The notes below the pieces were generated by a model. It was not told the DNA's origin, searched no databases, and worked only from the letters and a program-made list of their open reading frames with translations. 61,665 nucleotides of DNA from Gaiellaceae bacterium (GTDB taxonomy: Bacteria > Actinomycetota > Thermoleophilia > Gaiellales > Gaiellaceae): positions 1 to 61,665 of the forward strand of contig DASUZD010000007.1 of assembly GCA_036377055.1 (NCBI GenBank). The letters run 5' to 3'. Positions within the stretch are counted from its first letter, which is position 1; every line of letters starts with the position of its first letter. The translations under genes and the position numbers were made by a program. Below, in pieces: positions 7,926 through 16,469 of the stretch.

Positions 7926-8522
7926 GTGCGCGTGCGACGAATCGAGACCTTCGACTTGGAGACCGCGCGTCCGAACTGGCTCACCGGGGGCGCGCTGCGG
8001 CTCGGCCTGCTGAGCCTCTTCATCGTGCTGACGGCGATGGTGCGGCCGCGCCTCACGCATTCGAGCGCCGGCTGGCTGCTCCTCGCGGGCGTGCTGTTCG
8101 TCGTCGTGGGCCTTGCGCTCTTCTCGGTCGCGACGCGGCGAATCGCACTCGCGCTGCCGTTCCTCGACCGGTCGTGGCGCTTGACGGACGCCGTGTTGCT
8201 CCTCCTGCGGCGGATCGGGCTGCCGTTGCTCGGGCTCGCGTTCTTCCTCGTCTGGACGTTCGTCTACGTCGGGATCTGGTGGATTCACCCGCACGAGGCC
8301 TTCCGCGGCCTCGACCCGCACCCGCGCTTCGCGGACTTCTTCTACACAGCGGTCTCGACCGCGTTCATCTCGCCGCCCGGCGACATCCTCGCCCACTCCC
8401 GCGGCGCCCGCGCGGCGACGATGATCGAGATGCTGACCGCGTTCGCCCTTGTCACGGCCTACGCCGGCAGCTTCCTCGAGCTGCGCAGCGCGCGCGAGCC
8501 GTCACTCGACGACCGCTCCTAA
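7926..8522 (+). CDS. Membrane protein with a K+-channel-like pore module and a degenerate filter
   Basis: It has four or more hydrophobic helices. FADFFYTAVSTAFISPPGDI aligns to the pore-helix/filter region of two-TM K+ channels, with ISPPGD in place of TVGYGD. GTG start. Confidence 0.5.
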   Translation: MRVRRIETFDLETARPNWLTGGALRLGLLSLFIVLTAMVRPRLTHSSAGWLLLAGVLFVVVGLALFSVATRRIALALPFLDRSWRLTDAVLLLLRRIGLPLLGLAFFLVWTFVYVGIWWIHPHEAFRGLDPHPRFADFFYTAVSTAFISPPGDILAHSRGARAATMIEMLTAFALVTAYAGSFLELRSAREPSLDDRS

Positions 8523-9317
8523 CCTTCTTTCAGCGATTCTCCGCCCGACCTCGGCGGCGACCACCACTGCGAGCGAGAGGACCATGACGACGACCGCGAC
8601 CGCGATCACCTGCGGCAGCTGGTTCGGGAAGCGGAGCGCCGAGTAGAGGTAGATCGGGAACGTCACGCGCGTTCCGACCACGAACGACGCGACCGCGTAC
8701 TCGTCGAACGACGTCGTGAACGCGATCAGGAAGGCGGACACGACGGCCGGCAGGATCAGCGGCAGCGTGATCAGGCGAAAGGTCGGAAATCGGCCGGCGC
8801 CGAGGTCGTACGCCGCCTCTTCGAGCGTCACGTCGATCTGGTCGAGCCGTGGCACGAGGACGAGGATCGTGTAGGGCAGGCTGATCACCACGTGCCCGAT
8901 CACGACGGTCAGCATCGACCTCGGCACGCCGAGCGTGTGGAAGAGCAGGAGCAGCGCGATCCCGAAGACCACGTACGGGATCACGAGCGGGCTGAGCAGC
9001 AACGCCGAGATGGCGGGCTTGGCGTAGATGCGGCGGCGCGTGAGCGCGAGCGCGGCGAGCAGGCCCAGCACCACGGCGCCGGCGCTCGAGAGGGCGGCGA
9101 CGATCGCGCTCGTCCCAAGGGCGCCCTTGAGCTCGGAGTTCGTGAGGAACTGGTGGTACCAGTGGAGCGTGAAGCCGCCCAGTGGGAACGACGGCACGGG
9201 CGAGTCGTTGAACGAGAAGATCAGCAGGATGAGGATCGGCGCGTAGAGGAACACGACGACCGAGCCGAAGAACGCCCGCAGGAGCCGTGCGCCGTTCTTC
9301 GAGAGCGCGACGTCCAT
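8502..9317 (-). CDS. ABC transporter permease (PotC-like)
   Basis: It has the polyamine/opine-type inner-membrane component pattern with multiple TM helices. Its start overlaps the upstream permease stop by 1 nt. Confidence 0.85.
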   Translation of the reverse strand: MDVALSKNGARLLRAFFGSVVVFLYAPILILLIFSFNDSPVPSFPLGGFTLHWYHQFLTNSELKGALGTSAIVAALSSAGAVVLGLLAALALTRRRIYAKPAISALLLSPLVIPYVVFGIALLLLFHTLGVPRSMLTVVIGHVVISLPYTILVLVPRLDQIDVTLEEAAYDLGAGRFPTFRLITLPLILPAVVSAFLIAFTTSFDEYAVASFVVGTRVTFPIYLYSALRFPNQLPQVIAVAVVVMVLSLAVVVAAEVGRRIAERRLGAVVE

Positions 9318-10231
9318 CAGTCCGCCGCCACCTGCCTCGGCTGGAGGAACCGCGCGAACACGACGGTGAGGAGCGCGACCACGCCGAGCAGGAAGAGCGC
9401 GAGCACCGAGCCCGTCTCCCAGTCGGGGAAGCCGGTCCCGAAGAGGTCGACGATCTGGTTGCCGTACATGTAGCCGCTCGCCCCGCCGACGAGCGACGGC
9501 GTCACGAACTCGCCGAGCGTGGGGATGAACACGAAGAGGAAGGCCGCGACGACGCCGGGCATGGAAAGCGGCAGCGTCACGCGCCGGAACGCCTGGAGGC
9601 GGCTGGCGCCGAGGTCGCTCGCCGCTTCCAGGAGACGCCGGTCGAGGCTCTCGAGCGACACGAAGATCGGCAACGCGACGAACGGCAGCCAGATGTAGCC
9701 CAGCACGAGCATCACGGCAAACCTGCTGTAGAGCAGCTGGGAGAGCGGGTGGTCGGCCGACCGGAGCCCCGTCCAGTAGAGGAACGAGTTGATCACGCCC
9801 TGGTTGCCGAGGATCACCTTCCAGGCGAGCACCCGCAGCAGGTAGCTCGTCAGGAACGGCGCGATCAGGAGCAGGAGGAGGACGTACTTCCGCTTCGTGC
9901 CGGAGAGCGCCAGGTAGTACGCGAGCGGGTAGGCGAGCAGCACGATCACCGCCGACACGCTCAGCGACATCTTCACCGACTTCCAGAACAGCGCGAGGTA
10001 GACGGAGCTGTGGGCGAAGGCGCGCCAGGCGTCGAGCGTGAAGCCGTGCGGCCCCGGGTCGAGCGAGTAGACGTCGAAGCTGTACGCCGCGACGATCGCG
10101 ATCGGCACGACGAAGAACACCGCCAGCCAGAGCAGCGGTGGGCTGAGCAGCGCCGGGGTCGTCAGGTCGAGCCGCAGTCGCCTGCGGCGGCGGAGGTGCG
10201 CCGGCGGGTCGCGGGCCTCGGCGACGGCCAT
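9317..10231 (-). CDS. ABC transporter permease (PotB-like)
   Basis: It has TM-rich BPD_transp_1-like sequence, including ASDLGASRLQAFRRVTLPLSMPG, an EAA-loop-like motif. Confidence 0.85.
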   Translation of the reverse strand: MAVAEARDPPAHLRRRRRLRLDLTTPALLSPPLLWLAVFFVVPIAIVAAYSFDVYSLDPGPHGFTLDAWRAFAHSSVYLALFWKSVKMSLSVSAVIVLLAYPLAYYLALSGTKRKYVLLLLLIAPFLTSYLLRVLAWKVILGNQGVINSFLYWTGLRSADHPLSQLLYSRFAVMLVLGYIWLPFVALPIFVSLESLDRRLLEAASDLGASRLQAFRRVTLPLSMPGVVAAFLFVFIPTLGEFVTPSLVGGASGYMYGNQIVDLFGTGFPDWETGSVLALFLLGVVALLTVVFARFLQPRQVAAD

Positions 10232-10252
10232 GTCTCTCCTAGCCCGAGGTCG

Positions 10253-11365
10253 CTAGGACGCCTTCACCTCTTCCCAGAGCCTCGCGTAGACCGCGCGCCG
10301 CGGGATGTCGCGGTCGAGATGGGCGTTCGGCTCGGTCACCGCGCGCGGGTTGGTCAGCCGCAGCACCTTGAGCAGGTCGCTCGACGACGGCCGCGCCCGG
10401 ATGTTCGCGTGGCCGTAGCCGTAGTTGTCCTCCAGCCACTTCGCCGACTTCGTCGAGCTCCACGCGTCGACGTACGCGTGCGCGAGGTTGTAGCGCGGCG
10501 TCCCCTTGAGCAGCATGAGCATCCCGACCCAGGCGATCGGCTTCTCCTTCGGGCGCATGTAGACGACCTTCAGCCCCTTCTTCTTCATCTGCACCCAGTC
10601 GTTCGGCCAGGCGTACGCGATCCAGAGGTCGCCCGATCCGAACGCCTCCCAGAGGTTGGTCTCGGACGACCAGATCAGCCGGACCAGGCTCTTCTTCGAC
10701 TTGAGGAAGCTTTGGGACCGCTTCAGCTCCGAGTCGCTCTGGTTCCACGGGTTCTTCATCCCGAGGTAGAGGCCGGCGAGCGTGATCATGTTCAGGTCGT
10801 CGAACCAGGCGATCTTGCCCTTGTACCGGTCGTCGAAGATGAGCCCCCACGAGCGCGACCTCGGCTGCACCTTGTCGCTTCGGTAGAGGATCGCGTCGAA
10901 GCCCCAGTCGTCCGGGATGCCGTACTGCTGGCCGTTGTACTGACCCGCCTTGACCATGAACGGGTTCAGGTACTTGAAGTTCGAGATCAGCTTCGGGTTC
11001 CACGGCTGGACGAGGCCGCTCGTCGCGAAGTACTTGACCCAGCCCACGTACGGTCGGAAGAGGTCCGCCTTGAGCCCGGCGTGGAGCTTCGCGAGCGCGT
11101 CCGACTCGTTGGTCATGTACGTGAACCGCGGCTTGTTGCTCGGGTAGCGCTTCACGTACTGGGCGAACATCGCCTGGCCACCGTCGTTGCCGTAGCCGGC
11201 CCAGTCCATCACCTGCAAGCGGCCCGACTCGGCCGTCAGCCGCTCGAGCGCCGCTCGTGCCGTCCCGACGGGACCTGCCAGTAGCGTCGCTCCGCCCGCC
11301 GCAGCCGCGAGCTTCAGGAGATCCTCGCGGCTGAGCCGCCGCTCCGCTTCGTCCTCGATGCCCAT
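10253..11365 (-). CDS. Extracellular solute-binding protein (PotD/PotF-like) with a Tat-type signal
   Basis: The N-terminus RRLSREDLLKLAAAAGGATLLAGPVGTARA looks like a Tat signal, and the body resembles polyamine-type SBPs. The SD GAGGAGGA precedes the ATG. Confidence 0.8.
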   Translation of the reverse strand: MGIEDEAERRLSREDLLKLAAAAGGATLLAGPVGTARAALERLTAESGRLQVMDWAGYGNDGGQAMFAQYVKRYPSNKPRFTYMTNESDALAKLHAGLKADLFRPYVGWVKYFATSGLVQPWNPKLISNFKYLNPFMVKAGQYNGQQYGIPDDWGFDAILYRSDKVQPRSRSWGLIFDDRYKGKIAWFDDLNMITLAGLYLGMKNPWNQSDSELKRSQSFLKSKKSLVRLIWSSETNLWEAFGSGDLWIAYAWPNDWVQMKKKGLKVVYMRPKEKPIAWVGMLMLLKGTPRYNLAHAYVDAWSSTKSAKWLEDNYGYGHANIRARPSSSDLLKVLRLTNPRAVTEPNAHLDRDIPRRAVYARLWEEVKAS

Positions 11366-11391
11366 CTCCGATCCTCCTCATCCCCCCTGGC

Positions 11392-11970
11392 TTAGTAACT
11401 GGGCGGGCTGATGATCCACATCACCTCCGCGAGCTCCTCGCCGGTGTTCGCGATGCGGTGCGGCGTCGAGCTTCGGTAGTCGATGCTGTCGCCGTGCTCG
11501 AGCTCGAACAACTGGCCGCCGAGCTCGAGCTGGACGGTCCCCGAGAGGACGACGAAGAGCTCTTCCGAGTCGCCGTGCGCATACGGCTGGGCCCCGGTCG
11601 ATCCGCCGACCTCGAGCTCGCCCATGAAGACCTCGAGGTGGTGGAGCGGCTTCGGGGTCAGCAGCAGCTTCCGGCCGAGGATGCCGAACGAGAGCGCCGG
11701 TCGCTCGTCCCGCCGGAGGACTCGCGGCCCCGGCAGGCCGGCGGGCTCGAACAGGTCGGCGATCGACACGCCGAGCGCGTCCGCGATGCGCCGCAGCGAA
11801 GCGACGCTCGCACTCGACCGGCCGCGCTCGACCTGGCTCAGGAAGCTCTCGCTGAGGCCCGAGCGATCCGCAATCGTCCGCAGCGTGCAGCGCCGGAACC
11901 TGCGCAGCGCCCGGAGCCGCTCGCCGACATCGACCTCAGCGGCGGAAACGTCGGGCGCGCTCGACGGCAT
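11392..11970 (-). CDS. XRE-family HTH regulator with a C-terminal cupin domain
   Basis: The HTH_3 segment is LRTIADRSGLSESFLSQVERGRSSASVASLRRIADALGV. A cupin-like beta-barrel motif follows (HGDSEELFVVLSGTV...GDSIDY....PHR). Confidence 0.85.
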   Translation of the reverse strand: MPSSAPDVSAAEVDVGERLRALRRFRRCTLRTIADRSGLSESFLSQVERGRSSASVASLRRIADALGVSIADLFEPAGLPGPRVLRRDERPALSFGILGRKLLLTPKPLHHLEVFMGELEVGGSTGAQPYAHGDSEELFVVLSGTVQLELGGQLFELEHGDSIDYRSSTPHRIANTGEELAEVMWIISPPSY

Positions 11971-12149
11971 CCACGAGCTCCTAAGGCGCCGACTTGGCGG
12001 CGCCGCCCGTCAGGACGTGCGGGCTTTGCCCGTGCGTCCGTCTGAACCGACCGGTCGACACGCAGGAACGCATAGCAGCCGCCTCGTAGTGTCGTCGAAG
12101 GAAAACTGAAGCGACCCTACGGGGCCGGTGAAGTCAAGTCAATGCGGCT

Positions 12150-13523
12150 CTACGAAGCCGCGGCGAGGCGCGGGCGCGGCTCCGGCGCCGGCACAAGGAT
12201 CTGGCCGGTCTCCATCGCGCGCTCGAGGGCGCCGACGGCGTCGGGGCAGAACTGGATCCCGGTCGCGCCGCGGATCTCCGCGAGCGCGAGCGCAGGCTCG
12301 AAGCCGGCACGGTAGACGCGGTCGGTGACCATCGAGTCGAGCGCGTCCGCGAGGTGGACGACGCGCGCGAGGAGCGGGATGTCGTCGCCCCGAAGGCCAT
12401 CGGGATAGCCGCTGCCGTCCAGCCGCTCGTGGTGGTGGCGGATGATCGGAACGGCCGCGTCGAGGAAGCCGAGGCGCTCGATGATCTGGGCCCCTTCCTG
12501 GGAGTGGGTCTGCATGATCTTCCACTCCTCCGCGGTCAGCCGTCCGGCCTTGAGGAGGATCGCGTCGGGGATCGCGATCTTGCCGATGTCGTGCAGGAGC
12601 GCCGCCTGGGCGAGGACCTCGAGCTCCTCCGCGTCGAGGCCGAGCTCCGCGCCGATCGCGAGCGAGATGTGGCGGACTCGCCGCGAATGACCGGCCGTGT
12701 ACGCGTCGCGCGCGTCGACCGTCGCTGCGAGACCCTCCATCGCCGCGCGCGAGCGCTCTCTGAGCAGCTCGTTCGCGTCCTGGAGCGAGACGTTCTGGCG
12801 CTGGATCGTGTCCGACGCCCGCTCTAGCTCGCCGGCGCTGCGCTGGAGGTAGTAGATGAGCATGAGCGGCGCCAGCGCGAACGGCGCGATCCACCGCTCG
12901 ACGCCGCCGAGGACGGCGAGCGAGACGCCCATGGCGCTGAGCGAGAAGTCGATCCAGAGATCCTCGACCGTGAAGAGGCGTGTCTCCCTCGGGCCGACGC
13001 GCCGGGCCGCCTGGAGCATCGCCGTGAGCAGAAGCCTGTTCACCACGAGGAAGGTGACGGTCGCCGCGAGCCCGCTCAGGAGGAGCAGCGGCGCACCTGT
13101 CGCCCGCGCCGCCCAAGCCGCGGCGAGGCTCGACACGACGTAGTTGCAGATGTTGAAGGTCTGGACGTACCAGCGGTACCGCCGGCGGATCCAATCCGGG
13201 ATGTGCTGGATCACGCACATGAGCACCAGGAGCGGCGTCGGCAGAAGGAGCGCCCCCGCGATCACGAAGACGAGCGCGGCGTGGAAGACCTGGTGACGCG
13301 ACGGCTTCGGGAGCGCAAGGACCTGCGTCAGTGCCGCTGGGATCGCCAGCGAAGCGAAGAGAAGCCAGCTCGAGGCCGGAACAGGCGCCTCGAATCCGAC
13401 GCCGGCACTCCACGCCGAGATCGCGACGATGACGAACAGCACCGCGAGCCCAGGGGCCGGAAGGCCGTCGACGGCGAATGCGCGACGACGCCGATGGAGA
13501 GAAGTGTCCGCAGCTTCGACCAT
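12150..13523 (-). CDS. Membrane-anchored HD-GYP domain phosphodiesterase
   Basis: HDIGKIAIP...HHERLDGSGYPDGL is an HD-GYP signature, and the N-terminal half has about 6-7 TM helices. I take the ATG at 13523. The upstream part of the ORF is not protein-like. Confidence 0.85.
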   Translation of the reverse strand: MVEAADTSLHRRRRAFAVDGLPAPGLAVLFVIVAISAWSAGVGFEAPVPASSWLLFASLAIPAALTQVLALPKPSRHQVFHAALVFVIAGALLLPTPLLVLMCVIQHIPDWIRRRYRWYVQTFNICNYVVSSLAAAWAARATGAPLLLLSGLAATVTFLVVNRLLLTAMLQAARRVGPRETRLFTVEDLWIDFSLSAMGVSLAVLGGVERWIAPFALAPLMLIYYLQRSAGELERASDTIQRQNVSLQDANELLRERSRAAMEGLAATVDARDAYTAGHSRRVRHISLAIGAELGLDAEELEVLAQAALLHDIGKIAIPDAILLKAGRLTAEEWKIMQTHSQEGAQIIERLGFLDAAVPIIRHHHERLDGSGYPDGLRGDDIPLLARVVHLADALDSMVTDRVYRAGFEPALALAEIRGATGIQFCPDAVGALERAMETGQILVPAPEPRPRLAAAS

Positions 13524-13623
13524 GGCAGAGGCGCGGGGAGATCGAGGTTGCGCCCCTACGCGATATAGACGCGTCCAAAAGTGCGTGCCTCCCCCGTTCG
13601 CGGGAGGAAAACGACTGCCGTAA

Positions 13624-13716
13624 CCCCCCCGGTAGGGGGATGATCGCGAGCCGAGTCGCTGCTTAATCGATGGAGGACGTGTGCGTTTTTGCGGCGACTC
13701 GAAGGAGGTGACGCAC
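13624..13716 (+). promoter_or_regulatory. Structured leader, copy 1, upstream of sORF-1
   Basis: The hairpin is CCCCC-GGTA-GGGGG (13626-13639). A 7-bp stem TGTGCGT (13680-13686) / ACGCACA (13711-13717) encloses the SD GAAGGAGGTG and pairs with the A of the AUG. The same architecture recurs at 16282-16370. Confidence 0.45.
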
Positions 13717-13815
13717 ATGCTGCGGTGGAACGTTCGCTACGTCAGGGCGGTCATCGCTCTCGGCGCGTTCGCGGCTCTGCTCGTGGATGCCGGGGCGGGA
13801 CTTCGTTGGTCGTAG
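13717..13815 (+). CDS. 32-aa single-TM miniprotein (sORF-1): MLRWNVRYVRAVIALGAFAALLVDAGAGLRWS
   Basis: A strong SD precedes the ATG. A paralogue lies at 16371-16469. The two differ by about 10 synonymous third-position changes and only a few conservative replacements, which argues for translation under purifying selection. Confidence 0.55.
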   Translation: MLRWNVRYVRAVIALGAFAALLVDAGAGLRWS

Positions 13816-13874
13816 CAAATTCGAGCGGCGGGGCCGGACCTCTCCGGCGTCGGCCCTGATCCGCCCACCCTGCC

Positions 13875-15710
13875 GTGCCTTCGATGAGCCCGCGCATGCC
13901 GACCCAGATCGGTGGATTCCCGATCCGCCTCTTTGCGTACGTGGCCCTCGCGGTCAGCCTCGCCGTTCCGGCGGTGCTCGTGGCACTGGTGGAGCTGGCG
14001 CTGAAGCCACCGTCGGCGGCCGAAGGCGCCGGGATCGCGCTCTTCCTCATGCTCGCGCTCGCCGCGGATTTCCACCCCGTGCCCCTCGACGAGGAGGGCA
14101 ACGAGGTCTCGCTTGCGTTCGTCTTCATCGTCGCCGTTCTCCTGATCTTCGGCTGGCACGTCGCCGTCCCGATCGCGGCTGTCAGTGTCCTGGCTCCTGA
14201 GCTCGCGCGTGGGCGACCGCCTCTTCGCGCAGCCTTCAACAGCGCCGTCTACACGCTCGCCGCTCTGGCTGCGCTCGTCCCGAGGCTTGCCCTCGGCTTT
14301 CTGCCGGGGGACGCGGCCGAGCGCGTAACTGCGGCCGCCTTTCTCTGCGGAGCCGTGTACGTCGTCATCAACGTCGCGCTCGTCGCAGGCGCGGCATCGC
14401 TCGCACAGGGCGTCGCCTACCGCCGAGTCTTCAGCGAGAACCTCCGCTACGGCGGCGCAGCGTTCGGGATCATGGCGTTCTTCGCCGCTTTGGCGGCGAA
14501 TCTTTGGCACCTGAAGCCGCTACTGCTCGTCTTGCTCGCAGGGCCGTTGTTCACCGTGACGCTCTACCAGCGCAGCGTTCTGCGCTCGCGCATCGCGCTC
14601 CGCGACGCGAACACGGACAACCTGACGGGACTGGGAAACCATCGGGCGTACCAGGCGGCGCTGCGGACGAGCGTGGAGGAGGCCCGAAAGACGGGCGCAC
14701 CCCTGTCGCTCTGCCTGCTGGACATCGACGATTTCAAGCGCCTGAACGACGGCTACGGGCACGGGCTCGGCGACGAGGTGCTCGTGCGCATCGCCGGCCT
14801 GCTGAAACAGGCCGAGGGGACGCAGGCCTTCCGGTTCGGCGGCGACGAGTTTGCTGTCCTCGTCCCGGTTGGCGATGCCGTCGCCTGCAGCCGATTCGAG
14901 CGTGTCCAGCGCGAGCTTGCCGGAGCGGAGCTCTCACCCGACGGTCCGGTCACGATCAGCGTCGGCATCGCTTCCTTCCCGGCACATGGCCGCGACGCGG
15001 AGGCGCTACAGGAGGTGGCCGACGGGGCGCTCTACTGGTCGAAGCGCCACGGGAAGAACCGTGCCTGCATCTACAGCCCCGGGATCGTCCGCGTGCACTC
15101 GACCACAGACCTCGAACGCGAGGCCGAGCGCGCGGCGCGTCTTCGCGCCGCGACGAACCTCGTGCGGTTCCTCGACGCCAAAGATGCTTCGACGGCCAAC
15201 CATTCCGAGATCGTCGCGACGCTGGCGGCCGCGATCGGCGAGCAGCTCGATCTCGACGCGGACACGATCGCGCAGCTGCGACTCGCGGGGCTCCTGCACG
15301 ACCTCGGGAAGATCGGGATCCCCGAGCGGATCCTGCAAGCCCCACGGGGGCTCACCGGAGACGAGTTCGCGATCGTCCGCCGTCACCCTGAGATCGGCCA
15401 TTCGCTGCTCGAGGGGATCGACCTCGCGCCGGTCGACGACTGGATCCTCCAGCACCACGAACGCTGGGACGGCCTCGGCTACCCGAACGGCCGTGTCGGC
15501 GCGGAGATCCCGCTCGGGGCGCGGATCATTCACGCTGCGGACGCCTTCGAGGCGATGACGGCGGGACGCACTTACCGCGGCGCCCGCTCGACCGAAGACG
15601 CGCTCGCGGAGCTCCAGGACCAGGCTGGAGCGCAGTTCGATCCCGACGTCGTCGCCGCCTTCGAGCGCTACCTCGCCCGAGTCGACGAGCGCCTTCTCCT
15701 CTCCGCCTGA
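13875..15710 (+). CDS. Membrane sensor with GGDEF and HD-GYP domains
   Basis: The N-terminus has multiple TM helices. The diguanylate cyclase core is D.F.RLNDGYGHGLGDEVL...FRFGGDEFAV. The HD-GYP signature is HDLGKIGIP...HHERWDGLGYPNG. The start could be 13875 (GTG), 13884 or 13896 (ATG). Confidence 0.85.
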   Translation: MPSMSPRMPTQIGGFPIRLFAYVALAVSLAVPAVLVALVELALKPPSAAEGAGIALFLMLALAADFHPVPLDEEGNEVSLAFVFIVAVLLIFGWHVAVPIAAVSVLAPELARGRPPLRAAFNSAVYTLAALAALVPRLALGFLPGDAAERVTAAAFLCGAVYVVINVALVAGAASLAQGVAYRRVFSENLRYGGAAFGIMAFFAALAANLWHLKPLLLVLLAGPLFTVTLYQRSVLRSRIALRDANTDNLTGLGNHRAYQAALRTSVEEARKTGAPLSLCLLDIDDFKRLNDGYGHGLGDEVLVRIAGLLKQAEGTQAFRFGGDEFAVLVPVGDAVACSRFERVQRELAGAELSPDGPVTISVGIASFPAHGRDAEALQEVADGALYWSKRHGKNRACIYSPGIVRVHSTTDLEREAERAARLRAATNLVRFLDAKDASTANHSEIVATLAAAIGEQLDLDADTIAQLRLAGLLHDLGKIGIPERILQAPRGLTGDEFAIVRRHPEIGHSLLEGIDLAPVDDWILQHHERWDGLGYPNGRVGAEIPLGARIIHAADAFEAMTAGRTYRGARSTEDALAELQDQAGAQFDPDVVAAFERYLARVDERLLLSA

Positions 15711-15716
15711 CCCGGC

Positions 15717-16292
15717 ATGGCACTCGTCTACCCGCTCCTGCTCGGCCTCTTCCTCGCGCCCCTGCTTGGCGGCGACCTCCGACGCCTGGCCGACCTGCGC
15801 CTGCGGGCGACCCGCCTGATCTACCTGGCGCTGACGCTCCAGCTCGTCGCGTTCCCCGTCGGCGCCATGCCTTGGCAGCCATCCGATACCACAGCCGTCG
15901 TCCTCTGGCTCGCGTCCTATGCCTGCCTCGCCGCAGCGACCGGGATCAACATCCGCCTGGGTGGCATGCCGCTGATCGCCGCCGGCCTGGTCGCGAACCT
16001 CGCCGCGATCGTCGCCAACGGCGGTCATATGCCGGTCCTGCCGGCCGCGATGCGCGCCGCCGGCCGCTCGTACCACGTCCACTTCAACAGCGCCGCGGCT
16101 TCGGCGCCTCACCTTCCCTGGCTCGTCGACCGCTGGGCTGTGCCCGACTGGATCCCCCTCGCCAACGTCTTTTCGGTCGGCGATGTCCTCATCGCACTCG
16201 GCGGCGTCTTGTTTCCGCTCGTGGCGACAGGTGCATGCCGGCTCCCAGCGTCACGGGCTGCGGGAGCCGAGGCAAGGCTTTCCCCCCGGTAG
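15717..16292 (+). CDS. DUF5317-like integral membrane protein (copy A)
   Basis: The pattern LGGDLRRLA.L.L....LI.LAL.LQL......ANGGHMPV......SVGDVLIALG matches my memory of DUF5317. It starts 7 nt after the upstream stop. Its TAG stop sits in the loop of the CCCCC/GGGGG hairpin of leader copy 2. Confidence 0.7.
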   Translation: MALVYPLLLGLFLAPLLGGDLRRLADLRLRATRLIYLALTLQLVAFPVGAMPWQPSDTTAVVLWLASYACLAAATGINIRLGGMPLIAAGLVANLAAIVANGGHMPVLPAAMRAAGRSYHVHFNSAAASAPHLPWLVDRWAVPDWIPLANVFSVGDVLIALGGVLFPLVATGACRLPASRAAGAEARLSPR

Positions 16293-16370
16293 GGGGATGA
16301 CGCCGCCGGCGATCGCACCTACATCGAGGATGTCGTGTGCGTTTGCGGCGATGAAAAGGAGGTGACGCAC
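16282..16370 (+). promoter_or_regulatory. Structured leader, copy 2, upstream of sORF-2
   Basis: It has the same CCCCC-GGTA-GGGGG hairpin (16283-16296). It also has the same TGTGCGT (16336-16342) / ACGCACA (16365-16371) stem around the SD AAAGGAGGTG. Confidence 0.45.
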
Positions 16371-16469
16371 ATGGTTCGCTGGCAAATCCGATACATCAGG
16401 GCAATGATCGCCCTCGGCGGCTTCGCAGCGCTGCTCGTCGACGCGGGCGCGGGGCTGCGCTGGAAGTAG
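16371..16469 (+). CDS. 32-aa single-TM miniprotein (sORF-2): MVRWQIRYIRAMIALGGFAALLVDAGAGLRWK
   Basis: It is a paralogue of sORF-1 with the same length and the same SD context. A GC-rich hairpin (GGGCCGG / CCGGCCC, 16485-16511) follows it. Confidence 0.55.
   Translation: MVRWQIRYIRAMIALGGFAALLVDAGAGLRWK

Noticed and set aside
975-8522. Calling the kinase/PqqD cluster a lasso-peptide biosynthetic gene cluster
   Set aside because: No Asn-synthetase-like macrolactam synthetase, no transglutaminase-like leader protease and no Gly/Cys-initiated core peptide could be found in any frame of the window. Only the tailoring-type genes are present.
13624-13716. Assigning the duplicated leader to a known riboswitch class (c-di-GMP-I/II, guanidine-II mini-ykkC, others)
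   Set aside because: I could not find the conserved cores of those classes. For example, the hairpin loops are GGTA, not ACGR, and there is no GEMM-type GNRA/receptor arrangement. With only two paralogous copies I cannot separate structure conservation from recent duplication. It is reported as an unassigned leader instead.
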